Assembly: GCA_964514135.1 (NCBI GenBank)
Contig: CAZEPL010000003.1
Span: forward strand, 6,549-70,548
Source of the DNA: an uncultured Spirochaetaceae bacterium
GTDB lineage: Bacteria > Spirochaetota > Spirochaetia > SZUA-6 > RPPD01
DNA: 64,000 nt
Direction of reading: 5' to 3'
Made by a program: the position numbers and the translations under genes
Notes under the pieces: model-generated
Told to the model about the DNA's origin: nothing
The model's database searches: none
Seen by the model: the letters and a program-made list of their open reading frames with translations, nothing else
Part shown: positions 38,008 through 47,706 of the stretch, piece by piece
Numbering within the stretch: the first letter of the stretch is position 1
Layout of the letters: every line of letters starts with the position of its first letter

Positions 38008-39624
38008 GTGTTTGAAACAAAGGCCATGCAGGATTATGCCTTTAATATTAAGATTACCTGTGTGGAAACAATTTTGGGAGCTTATACTTCAAAATATTAT
38101 GGCCCGGAAACATTTGGGAAAATATCTCCTTCCTTTATTACGACAATCGAAGAAGCGCTCACCTCTCTGTTTTTAAGTAAATCGGTAACTGATCTTATTA
38201 ATGACCTTAATCCTAACAGCATGAGTTTTGAACAAAAAGAAGAGTTTATATTCGGAAGTGACGATGCGGGAATGACACCCTTGTTTAAAGCGGCAAAATA
38301 TGGAAACAGTGATGCTATAACCTTTCTGTTAAATAACTGCGCTTTTATAAACCAGGTCTCACCCAAAGGCAAATCCGCCTTGATGTATGCGGCCGAATAC
38401 GGCCGCGACGATATTATCAACCTTCTCATTGAACTTGGGGCCGATACCGGTCTTATAAGCGACGAAAACAAGACCGCCCGTCAGTATGCCGAACAAAACA
38501 AGCATCACAAAATCGCTTCCATGCTTAACAAAATAAATATACCCTCTCCCGGGTACGCACCGGGGGAGCTGGTCGGCGATTGGTCCGGAGCATATAAAGT
38601 CCATAATACGACAGTTTATATGGATCTTAAGATACGCCTGCAGCATAACCGCTTAAAGGCCAACGGAACAATCTATAAAGGTCTTGCCAAAGAGGATCGT
38701 GAGAAAGCATTTAAGGGAAAGCTGACTCCTAAGAATAACAGAAGCTATAGCGATGATTTTATTGCAGAAGCATGGTTTGACATTTATATAAGAGGTAAGG
38801 ATATAATTATTAATGGTAGATATTTTAAAAAAATCGGACCTACCGGGGAATTACACGGAGTGAGAACCTCCTTTACTTCCAATAATGAAAAAGTATGCTG
38901 GCATATGATTTTATTTACACTTCAGGGCAAACGAAACAATCATGGAGTTATTACAGGCCATGCCCATAACGCCACAGACGAAACAATCTTTTATCTGGTT
39001 CCCAAACATGCATTGAATACTCTGCCGCCACTGACTCTACCAAAAGCGGAAACCGTAACTGTTGCCTGTCTGGATTTTCCACAATACAAATACAACTGTT
39101 ATATTCCGTCCGGATATAATCAAAAAAATGCCATGCCGGTTATCCTTTTTGATAACGCCGGCAAAAATGCCAAACCGCTTAACATCCGGACAGCCGAAGA
39201 GATGGGTTGTATTTCAGTGGGTATAATCGAACCTGATACTATTAAAAATATTAATTACTTTTGGACCTTTGCCACAATACTGGATATAAAACGTAGATTT
39301 AATATTCTTCCTGGGAAAATTATTATGGCAGGATTCTCAGGCGGAGCTCAGTTTTTTCAACAGTTTATAAGTTCTTATCTTGATGACTGCTGCGGTGTGA
39401 TTGATATAGGAATCGGAGATACTATGGCATTAGAGCACGGAATTCCGGTTTTTTACATAATGGGAGAAAAGGATGTGCGTTACAAATCACTAAAAAGCAA
39501 GTTCCCGGATTTAGAAAAAAAATATGGAGAAAAAGTAAACATGGCAACGCATGCGGGCGGGCACATGTGGGGAGTGCCCGATTTATTGGACCAGGCAATA
39601 CGATGGATGTTTAAGTTTCCTTAA
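38008..39624 (+). CDS. Ankyrin-repeat protein fused to an alpha/beta-hydrolase (esterase/PHB-depolymerase-like) domain
   Basis: The ankyrin repeats are GMTPLFKAAKYGNSDAITFLL...GKSALMYAAEYGRDDIINLL. The C-terminal nucleophile elbow is GFSGG. Confidence 0.55.
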   Translation: MFETKAMQDYAFNIKITCVETILGAYTSKYYGPETFGKISPSFITTIEEALTSLFLSKSVTDLINDLNPNSMSFEQKEEFIFGSDDAGMTPLFKAAKYGNSDAITFLLNNCAFINQVSPKGKSALMYAAEYGRDDIINLLIELGADTGLISDENKTARQYAEQNKHHKIASMLNKINIPSPGYAPGELVGDWSGAYKVHNTTVYMDLKIRLQHNRLKANGTIYKGLAKEDREKAFKGKLTPKNNRSYSDDFIAEAWFDIYIRGKDIIINGRYFKKIGPTGELHGVRTSFTSNNEKVCWHMILFTLQGKRNNHGVITGHAHNATDETIFYLVPKHALNTLPPLTLPKAETVTVACLDFPQYKYNCYIPSGYNQKNAMPVILFDNAGKNAKPLNIRTAEEMGCISVGIIEPDTIKNINYFWTFATILDIKRRFNILPGKIIMAGFSGGAQFFQQFISSYLDDCCGVIDIGIGDTMALEHGIPVFYIMGEKDVRYKSLKSKFPDLEKKYGEKVNMATHAGGHMWGVPDLLDQAIRWMFKFP

Positions 39625-39763
39625 TTTTTTGGTAGCACATTAAGATTTTTCTTGATCTTTCTTATTCATGTATTGACTAGGATTTTAAGTCTATCTATCA
39701 TTTTAAATATAATGGAGGTGTTATAATGAAAAACCCTGAAAAAAAATGTATTCTTATTTTAGC

Positions 39764-39840
39764 GAGGAAATTGCAAAACTCAAAATATATTAAGTTAGTA
39801 AAATACTTATTCTTTATACCATAATAATTTAGCAATTTCC
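39764..39840 (+). repeat. MITE-like element copy B (core with both TIRs, no hairpin)
   Basis: It aligns with the 36029-36105 core. Confidence 0.7.
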
Positions 39841-39930
39841 TCTACTGTTAATTAAATTATACAATTGCTCAATATTATAATTTCTTCTATTATATCCTCT
39901 AACGCTACGTAAAGAGGAGGAACAAACAAG

Positions 39931-40143
39931 ATGGCGGGATTCTTTAAAATATGTGCAATACTGTTAATCATAGCCCCCTTTGCCTTTATCGTATCGCTCT
40001 TTTCTCCACATGTGAATATTTATGAGGTTCACAATAATGGGGCATGGTATAATCTGGGCTTTATAATCGGGCTGATCATTATCCTCGGCGGAGGAAGCGG
40101 CGGTGCGGTAAGGGTTAAAACCGTAAAAAGAAAAAATGATTAA
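39931..40143 (+). CDS. Small membrane protein
   Basis: The ORF is 70 aa with two TM helices. The RBS is AGGAGG. Confidence 0.35.
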   Translation: MAGFFKICAILLIIAPFAFIVSLFSPHVNIYEVHNNGAWYNLGFIIGLIIILGGGSGGAVRVKTVKRKND

Positions 40144-40170
40144 TGAGATAATTTTATAGGGCTTATAACA

Positions 40171-40209
40171 AAAAAAGAGCCAGGCTTTTAACACCTGGCT
40201 CTTTTTTTG
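40171..40209. terminator. Bidirectional rho-independent terminator
   Basis: The sequence is AAAAAAGAGCCAGGC-loop-GCCTGGCTCTTTTTTT, lying between two convergent genes. Confidence 0.7.
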
Positions 40210-40221
40210 ATTTAAGACATA

Positions 40222-40497
40222 TTAATAACTATAGCTATTCTGTCTCGGTTTTTTTGCGTGCGCTTCATTCACCCGTAGTGCACGTCCGTCTAATTCGGTA
40301 TTATTTAAAGCGGAAATAGCTGCGTTTGCCTCTTCCTCTTTTTCCATCTCAACAAAGGCAAAACCTTTTGGTCTGTTGGTATAGCGATCTTTCACTATAT
40401 TAACTTCCAACACCGTTCCGTGCTGCGCGAACAATTCTTGAAGCTGATTTTCGCTGGTGTCGTAACTCATGTTACCGACATAAATTTTCTTTGACAT
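40222..40497 (-). CDS. RRM-type RNA-binding protein
   Basis: The RNP2 motif is IYVGNMSY and the RNP1 motif is KGFAFVEM. Confidence 0.85.
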   Translation of the reverse strand: MSKKIYVGNMSYDTSENQLQELFAQHGTVLEVNIVKDRYTNRPKGFAFVEMEKEEEANAAISALNNTELDGRALRVNEAHAKKPRQNSYSY

Positions 40498-40805
40498 AAA
40501 AATACATCCTTAAAAAAATCATTATTTAGTTTATCAACGATAAACTTAGGTATCAATTTAATCTTATACTTTGGAATTACTCTATGTTAAAAGAATACCA
40601 AAATGATTTTATTGTATTTACAGAAATGCAATCCAAGAATGAAAATCATAAAACACAAATAGCAGATTAAAAAGACCATGCTGTATTTCGGAATACAACG
40701 CTTATAATATATCATTATATTTTCTGTTAGTCAACTATTTATTGCTATTTATTGCTAAAAGATAAACTGTTATGCTACTATAAAAAACAGACAGAGGAGA
40801 TCCTG

Positions 40806-41486
40806 ATGGATTTAAATTATCAAGACATCGCCAAGATGATCGACCATTCTCTTCTTAATCCCACGTTAAGCGATAAAGAACTGGAACAGGGATGCCGAAT
40901 CGCCGTGCAGTATGATGTGGCCAGCGTGTGCACAATGCCTTTTTATTTAAGGCATTGTGCGGATATTTTGGCAGGCAGCAGCGTACAAGCCAGCACCACA
41001 ATCGGCTTTCCCCACGGCGGTCATACCACAGCCGTTAAAATAATTGAGGCCGAACAGGCACTCAAAGACGGCGGCCAGGAACTGGATATGGTCGTCAACA
41101 TCAGCAAGGTCCTAAGCGGCGATTGGGGATATGTTTATAATGATATTAAGGCCGTGCTGACTGCAACTCACACAGCAGGGCAAAAATTAAAAGTAATTTT
41201 CGAAAACTGTTATTTAACAGACGAGCAAAAAATCCAATTATGTCAAATTTGCGGTGAGATAGGTGCAGACTGGGTCAAAACCTCCACGGGCTACGGTTCC
41301 GGCGGTGCCACCCTTCATGATGTCAAACTCATGCGGGCTCATTCACCCGCGCATGTACAGATAAAAGCAGCAGGGGGCGTAAGAACCTTAGATCGGCTGC
41401 TGGACATGCATGCTGCCGGAGTAACGAGAATCGGAGCCAGCCGGACGGTCGAAATACTTGAGCAAGCCAACCAATGCTTAAAATAA
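40806..41486 (+). CDS. deoC: Deoxyribose-phosphate aldolase
   Basis: The DeoC active-site region DWVKTSTGY is present, and the 5' region is DeoC-like (MIDHSLLNPT). A GGAG RBS lies before the ATG at 40806. Confidence 0.8.
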   Translation: MDLNYQDIAKMIDHSLLNPTLSDKELEQGCRIAVQYDVASVCTMPFYLRHCADILAGSSVQASTTIGFPHGGHTTAVKIIEAEQALKDGGQELDMVVNISKVLSGDWGYVYNDIKAVLTATHTAGQKLKVIFENCYLTDEQKIQLCQICGEIGADWVKTSTGYGSGGATLHDVKLMRAHSPAHVQIKAAGGVRTLDRLLDMHAAGVTRIGASRTVEILEQANQCLK

Positions 41487-41494
41487 GTAAATAA

Positions 41495-42382
41495 TTATTG
41501 AGAATAATCTTCATATATCTCTATTCTATTTCTACCTTTTTTCTTAGCCAGATAGAGCAGGGCATCGGTTTTTTTAATAAAGGAAGCGAAACTTTCTCCG
41601 GCATACTGCTTAACACCCGCACTGATTGTTACTTTAAGCCCTTCCTGCTCCCACTTCTGACTCTGGGTCCGTTTGCGTAAGCGTTCCAGGGCAATAAAGG
41701 CTTGCACGCTGTCTGTTTCCGGCATAACAATCAAAAACTCTTCCCCTCCGTACCTGCCGGCACTGTCTGTTTCCCGGATTTCTTCTTTGATCACCTGGGC
41801 AATTGTCACAAGCACAATATCGCCTGTCTGATGTCCATAGGTATCATTAACCTTTTTAAAATGATCCAAATCAATCATGGCAAGCGTAAGCGGCTGTTTC
41901 ACTGCGGCGGCATGCGCTACATGTTTTTTAAGAATATCAATAATCGAATTGTGATTGTTAAGCCCGGTGAGCCCATCGGTATAAGCCTTCTTCTCAACCT
42001 GCTTTATATACTCGTACTTTGCTATACCCTCGGTTATTACGGCCCGAAGATCCTGTTTCAAACATGGTTTTTCCAAAAAACGAAAGATGTTACCCTTATT
42101 CACCGCCTCAACAGCGGTCTGCATATCGGCATAGCCGGTAAGCATGATGCGTATGGTATCGGGAGCAATTCTTTTAATCTTATGCAGAAATTCTACTCCG
42201 TTCATATCAGCCATTCTCATATCAGCCACAATAACCGCATACTCACAATCGCTGTGGATTTTTATCAGCGCTTGTTCAGCGTTTACTGCAGTCTCTACTT
42301 CAAATTCAGTTTTAAAAGCATGCTCCAATCTTTTAAGGGTTTTAATATCATCGTCAACAAACAGTATTTTACTCTTGGCCAT
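41495..42382 (-). CDS. Response regulator with a GGDEF output (diguanylate cyclase)
   Basis: The REC domain is ILFVDDD...VADMRMADM. The GGDEF domain is RYGGEEF. Confidence 0.85.
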   Translation of the reverse strand: MAKSKILFVDDDIKTLKRLEHAFKTEFEVETAVNAEQALIKIHSDCEYAVIVADMRMADMNGVEFLHKIKRIAPDTIRIMLTGYADMQTAVEAVNKGNIFRFLEKPCLKQDLRAVITEGIAKYEYIKQVEKKAYTDGLTGLNNHNSIIDILKKHVAHAAAVKQPLTLAMIDLDHFKKVNDTYGHQTGDIVLVTIAQVIKEEIRETDSAGRYGGEEFLIVMPETDSVQAFIALERLRKRTQSQKWEQEGLKVTISAGVKQYAGESFASFIKKTDALLYLAKKKGRNRIEIYEDYSQ

Positions 42383-42448
42383 ACATTATAATTATTGTAT
42401 ACAATACGGCAAACCGCAATTTTTTTTGGATATAATCGCTGCACTGCT

Positions 42449-43819
42449 TTATTTTGTATCTATACCTGAAAAGCGGGGGTCCTTTACCACAAATAAAAAA
42501 CAGAAAAGAGCCAGACCTGCAAACAGAGCACCTATGGTAAAAAGTGAGTTATATGTTAACAGCTTTGTTGACAGCAGAATACCCCCCGCAAGGGGTGTAA
42601 GCCCGAATAAGGTGGCGGAGATGGTGGTCGACAAAGCCGAATAGCGAATTCTATCCTTATCGTTTCCGAACTCGGTAATAAATACCTGAAAACTGTTGAG
42701 CCGCGCATTTACAGTTATTCCCACCATGATAAAGATTATATAGAAAATAAAATGAGTAGGCCAGAATATTACCAAAACCAGCGCTGCCAGTGTGGTAAAA
42801 GCTCCGATCTGCAGTACTCGCAAGTTCCCGGTTTTATCGCCGATAAAGCCGAGCAGTACACCAAATATGAGAAAACTAAGGTTTAACAGAAATGTATAAA
42901 ACACAACCGTACTTTCATTAATTTTTAGAAGGTCAATAGCATAATAGGTTAAAAAGGCCGAGCCGCATTCCGAGACACTTAAGATCGCCTGGGTGCAGAG
43001 GAAGCGTACGAAATTTTTATCTCTCTTTAGAATCTTTACCAGTGAGGAAAAGTACTGTCCAAATGGTTTTTTGCGAACAGCAGGCGATGCTTCCGTTTCT
43101 TTTATGGAAAGAAAACAGATAAATGAGACGGAGAGCAGTAAAAAACCCGCGAGAAAATTCAACCTGTAATTCTCCGGAAACTCATAGCTCGTGAGGAAAT
43201 AATTTATCAGCAGCGGCAGAAGAATACCTCCTGCGCCGGCAATAACAGCGCGCAGGGAATTTGTTCTGGCCCTGTAGCGCACGGGGATGGTTTTGGCACT
43301 GAAATCCAGCCAGGCAGGCGTACCGATTCCTCCGAAAAAAGAAAAGCCGAAATAGAAAAACAGCACAAAGGCCACGGTAACGTAAGGGCCGAACGGCTCC
43401 AGCAAAAAGGTGCTTAAGGCCATTAAAAGAATACAAATCCGCTGGATAAAGCCGAATACTCCGATATATTTCTTTCGTATGGCGTGCCTTTCCGCCATGC
43501 GGGTTGTGAAAAGCCCGGGAAGGTTAAAACCGATAAGCAGTAGCGCCGGGATCAGACTAATTACAAGGGGTGAATCATACAGACGCTTTACAAAGGCCAC
43601 CATAATGGTCATCTGGTGAAAAAATACCATAGCCATCACAAAAATACCGCTGTCCAAAGATTGAAAGAGAATGTTTCTTCGTATGAGCTTTTTATTTTCT
43701 ATTCCCATAAAGCACAATTCCTGCCATATTGTATACTGTGCCTTATGATCTTTAAGAACAGTTAAAAAGTCAATATATGAAATCAAGAATAAACGAAGGG
43801 AGGTAAAGCATGCGGACAT
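42449..43819 (-). CDS. MFS transporter
   Basis: It has 12 or more TM helices. Confidence 0.7.
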   Translation of the reverse strand: MSACFTSLRLFLISYIDFLTVLKDHKAQYTIWQELCFMGIENKKLIRRNILFQSLDSGIFVMAMVFFHQMTIMVAFVKRLYDSPLVISLIPALLLIGFNLPGLFTTRMAERHAIRKKYIGVFGFIQRICILLMALSTFLLEPFGPYVTVAFVLFFYFGFSFFGGIGTPAWLDFSAKTIPVRYRARTNSLRAVIAGAGGILLPLLINYFLTSYEFPENYRLNFLAGFLLLSVSFICFLSIKETEASPAVRKKPFGQYFSSLVKILKRDKNFVRFLCTQAILSVSECGSAFLTYYAIDLLKINESTVVFYTFLLNLSFLIFGVLLGFIGDKTGNLRVLQIGAFTTLAALVLVIFWPTHFIFYIIFIMVGITVNARLNSFQVFITEFGNDKDRIRYSALSTTISATLFGLTPLAGGILLSTKLLTYNSLFTIGALFAGLALFCFLFVVKDPRFSGIDTK

Positions 43820-44525
43820 TATCTGTTTTTATCGTAACGGCATTACTCATTTTTAGCCAATCCTGTCTGCATAATAAGTTCAAGGATTCCATATCCAAGC
43901 TCCACGTGGAGAAACTTGTGGTTATCGAGCAAAAGGAGCTTTACTTTAAAGACAGCGCTATCATAGGGCTTTCCCCCGACGGATGTAAACTGGCGGTTTA
44001 TAATTCTAATAACAGGCGTCTGAGCGTGCATGATGCTGATACTCAGGAAGAAATTACGGGTATGAATATGAAAAGCAGCTTATGGGAAACGATGAGAAGC
44101 TTTCATATCCCATGCTTATGGATGTGTCTGCCGACGGCTCCAAAGCCGTTATCTGCTATCGCCAGCTGATAAGCCGTCACCTCTTTGACCAAAAGAGAGC
44201 GCATCTGAAAAGCTATCATTATCTACCGGATGTGCGCAGGCTTGAAACAAGAGAAATCATCTCGCTTAACCATATGCAGTCTGTATCCTTTTTAATCCGC
44301 AATGCGGTATTTTCCCCGGACGGCTCAAAATTACTGCTATCCTTTCGTGAATCGGATGGTAAATACCACGTCGCTGTGCAGAATATTGAAGGCACACAGG
44401 AAAAGATCCTCTTTTCGCACCATCAGCCGATCGGCGTCTCAGGAAAATATCTTGGCATCGGTCTTAACTGGGCGGCTAACGGCAAAATTTTTATTCGTGA
44501 AGGCCCGGTCGGAAGCCGGGGCTGA
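43810..44525 (+). pseudogene. PD40/TolB-like repeat lipoprotein split by a frameshift near 44060-44100
   Basis: ORFs 43810..44169 (frame 1) and 44082..44525 (frame 3) overlap. The same SPDG/SADG/SPDG repeat motif appears on both sides. Confidence 0.45.
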
Positions 44526-44629
44526 CTGCTTACCTTAGGCCCGGAATAGATGGAAATAAATTATTAATTGACAGCCCCGATAATTACACTTATGATATGG
44601 ATCATTAATTAAGGAATAAGATTATAAGG

Positions 44630-47596
44630 ATGAATATTCAACGTATTACAGCCAGAAACTGTTCAAAAAATCCATTGGCATCGGCTCATGAGCTTTATGC
44701 AGAGCTGCTAAAAGACAATAAAGTAAACGATGCTCTCTTTGTTGACGGTTCTTTTAGCAATCTGATTGCCGTAGCCGGTTTACCAATCCGCATACCCTGT
44801 GTTGTGGATCTGTTTAAACATCATGTAGTTGAAAAATACTTGCGCGCTCTTACCCAATCCGGGAAGTCAATATTATTATTATACCAGGAAAACTCCTTTT
44901 TTTTATATAAAAAAGACGATCAAGCGGCAATTACCCAGGTCGCGCTCACCGATTCCCTGCAACAGGCGATTTTAGATTCCATTCACTATATCAATACGGG
45001 CGCCGGTTATTTAAATGAAGCCGGCGAGCACTCCATAGATCTCACGGCACCTAATCCCGGGCCTCATTTCTCCGTAAACTTATTACTGGGGAACCGTTTG
45101 GACTTTAATTACCCCATCCAAACAACACCAAAGAGTGTGGTAGACAGACTGGGAGGAGGCAGCTTTCGCTCTCATGCCTTTACTCAGGTGCTGGCTATCC
45201 GCTGGGATTTGCGTCAGGAAGAAAACGGATTTCCCGCCAACAGACAGTTTTATCTGGTTGAAGAGGGAGAGCTGATCTTTTATTCCCGCGAACCGGAAGG
45301 GCCCAATATCCAATCTGCCTGGTGCCGTCATTCTCAAAATTATACGGAGATAACATATAAAACAAAATGTGGTTTAGAGATAATTCGAAACATTATGTTG
45401 TTACAGCACAAAAAGGGTTTTCCTATTGCAAGCGAAGTCCAAAATATAACAATAAAAAACAACAGTACAAAAAAAAGATCTTTAAGGGTGGTTTATACGG
45501 GAATGTTCGGCACCGAAGTTCCTCATGCCATGATGGAGGATGTGCTGTATTCCAATATCATTATGCAGGCCGGGATACTCAAGAACAATGACGGAACTAT
45601 CCTGGCATTAACTCATGATTATCATCCTCTTAACCGACAATCTGATCTACGTTTTAACAGCATGATTGCTTACACCGGGTCGGGATTGTGTTTTTCTAAG
45701 GAGTTCTGTACGGATTATAATGATTTTGTGGGTAACGGCTCTTTGAGTATGCCGGATGCTCTGAACTATTTACCTAACCGTATTGCCCGTAAAGGGCCCG
45801 GATTCTTTGCCTACGCCCTGCCCGTAACGGTTGCATCTCATCACACCGCTCACATGGTAAATTTTACGGGTTTGGTATCTTCCGTGGATAATCCGGAATT
45901 TTCAAGAAATACATTGACAAAAGAAATTAATGCACTGGTAGCAGAGTTCGCTCCCGAAAGCTCATTTAGCACGCATCTTGAAAAAAATAACGATTTTCTA
46001 AAAGCATATACAAGTTATCTGCAAGTTAGATCGAGTGATAATAATCTACAGTCCTTTATCAATAAAAACATGCCTTTTCAAATTCTGTATCAGACCTTTG
46101 TGTCGAGGTCGTTTTCTCAAACCCAAAAGGGTTATAGGGAACTGGGCTTTCGTGAAATCCAGGATCTGTTCGCTTCCATGTACTACTTTGTGGCAATGGG
46201 AAAAGCGCAGTTCGTGCGCCGGGCTATCCTTACCTGGTGTGAAAATGTGTATGATTTCGGTTATACGAACCACAATTTTTTCTGGAAAGGCAAAGAACCC
46301 GGTCACTGGAGCGACGACGGGCTGTGGCTGGTTCAGGCTGTCTACCGCTATATTGAGCTTACGGGGGATATCGCTTTTATCGATACACCCTGTAAAATTG
46401 CCGGTGCCAAAAAAAGCCGACCTATTTACCCCACCCTCAAAAGAATTATTTTCTATTCCTCCGAAGTTTCCGTGGGCGCGCACGGTATGCCCCTTATAGA
46501 TAAGGCCGACTGGAACGACTGCCTGAAGGTGGACACTGATTATCTAAGCGGTGCGGATAAAGAAAAATTTTATAATCAAAACCCTGAGAAGGTAAAAACA
46601 GTACTGGCTGAGTACAGCGAAAGTGTCATGAATGCGTTTCTCCTAAAACTGGCTCTTGATCATATGCAAAACCTTGCGGAGCAAAAGGGCAATCACGATG
46701 ATTTACAGCTGTTTAAAGAGCAGTCAGCGGAGTTAAAGCAAAAAATAAATAAGCATGCTTGGAAAAAGGATTTTTATGCCAGACTGCTTTTCAACCGCCA
46801 TAAAGATAACGGTTACTTGTTTCTGGGGGCGGAAGGAGACAACCTGTCTTTGAATCCTGAAATAAACGGGTCGTACTATCTTAATTCTTTCAGCTGGGCA
46901 ATTCTCTCAGGTTGTGCGGATGACAGCCAAATTAAAATCATGCTGGAACGCCTCGACAAATATCTAAAAACCCCGCTCGGTTACAAACTGTGCACTGAGG
47001 TTGATTTAAACAAAATATCACCACGTACCGCGGCAAATGACTATTTCCCCGGCGATAGAGAAAACGCGGCTATTTTCAAACACGCGTCCATGATGGCTGT
47101 GAGCGCAATGTTCAAAGCAGCTAAACAAGTAAAGGATGTAAATTTAGCCAGACGCTTGGCGGACAATGCCTACTGGATGCTTGAAAAAGTATTACCCTAC
47201 AAAACCATGGAAGATCCTTATGCGCTTAAGGGGAATCCGCGTTTCTGCACTCAGTATATAAACAGTAATACGGGAGAGCATATCGGCCCTATGCTCAGCG
47301 GAACAGCCTCATGGTTAGCACTGGCTTTTTTTGAAAGTCTGGGTCTTGAATACAAGCAGCAAGGCATTATATGTGATCCTATGCTAAAAAAAGATGTGGA
47401 GTCGGTCTCGTACGAGTTAAAAACAGAAAAAGCTGTCTATCAGATTTCCATAAAGAAACCAAAGGGATTCTTTCGCTGCAAAGACAATAAAGTGCATTTT
47501 GTTTTGGACGGAAAGCGGATCGAAGGTAATATAATTCCTCTTTTTGTTGACACTAAAAAACATACGCTGCTCATTGATTTTTGTGAAAAATCTTAA
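44630..47596 (+). CDS. Large (alpha/alpha)6-barrel glycoside hydrolase/phosphorylase-like protein (GH94/GH65-like)
   Basis: The motifs DKADWNDCL and RENAAIFKHA resemble conserved blocks of glycoside phosphorylases. The ORF is 988 aa. Confidence 0.4.
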   Translation: MNIQRITARNCSKNPLASAHELYAELLKDNKVNDALFVDGSFSNLIAVAGLPIRIPCVVDLFKHHVVEKYLRALTQSGKSILLLYQENSFFLYKKDDQAAITQVALTDSLQQAILDSIHYINTGAGYLNEAGEHSIDLTAPNPGPHFSVNLLLGNRLDFNYPIQTTPKSVVDRLGGGSFRSHAFTQVLAIRWDLRQEENGFPANRQFYLVEEGELIFYSREPEGPNIQSAWCRHSQNYTEITYKTKCGLEIIRNIMLLQHKKGFPIASEVQNITIKNNSTKKRSLRVVYTGMFGTEVPHAMMEDVLYSNIIMQAGILKNNDGTILALTHDYHPLNRQSDLRFNSMIAYTGSGLCFSKEFCTDYNDFVGNGSLSMPDALNYLPNRIARKGPGFFAYALPVTVASHHTAHMVNFTGLVSSVDNPEFSRNTLTKEINALVAEFAPESSFSTHLEKNNDFLKAYTSYLQVRSSDNNLQSFINKNMPFQILYQTFVSRSFSQTQKGYRELGFREIQDLFASMYYFVAMGKAQFVRRAILTWCENVYDFGYTNHNFFWKGKEPGHWSDDGLWLVQAVYRYIELTGDIAFIDTPCKIAGAKKSRPIYPTLKRIIFYSSEVSVGAHGMPLIDKADWNDCLKVDTDYLSGADKEKFYNQNPEKVKTVLAEYSESVMNAFLLKLALDHMQNLAEQKGNHDDLQLFKEQSAELKQKINKHAWKKDFYARLLFNRHKDNGYLFLGAEGDNLSLNPEINGSYYLNSFSWAILSGCADDSQIKIMLERLDKYLKTPLGYKLCTEVDLNKISPRTAANDYFPGDRENAAIFKHASMMAVSAMFKAAKQVKDVNLARRLADNAYWMLEKVLPYKTMEDPYALKGNPRFCTQYINSNTGEHIGPMLSGTASWLALAFFESLGLEYKQQGIICDPMLKKDVESVSYELKTEKAVYQISIKKPKGFFRCKDNKVHFVLDGKRIEGNIIPLFVDTKKHTLLIDFCEKS

Positions 47597-47642
47597 CAAA
47601 TTGAATCCACTCAATCGCTCGCTGCAATTCTATTACAGTATT

Positions 47643-47680
47643 ATTAAAAAATACCGGCGCCCGTAAAGAACGCCGGCCAG
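47643..47680 (-). terminator. Rho-independent terminator after the htrA pair
   Basis: On the minus strand, GGCCGGCG-loop-CGCCGGT is followed by ATTTTTTAAT. Confidence 0.6.
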
Positions 47681-47706
47681 TAGAATAGGAGGAGTGTATA
47701 CGAGTA

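Noticed and set aside
40733-40758. Tandem 11-mer CTATTTATTGC x2 upstream of deoC
   Set aside because: It has only two units in an AT-rich promoter region. This is probably chance or simple low complexity.
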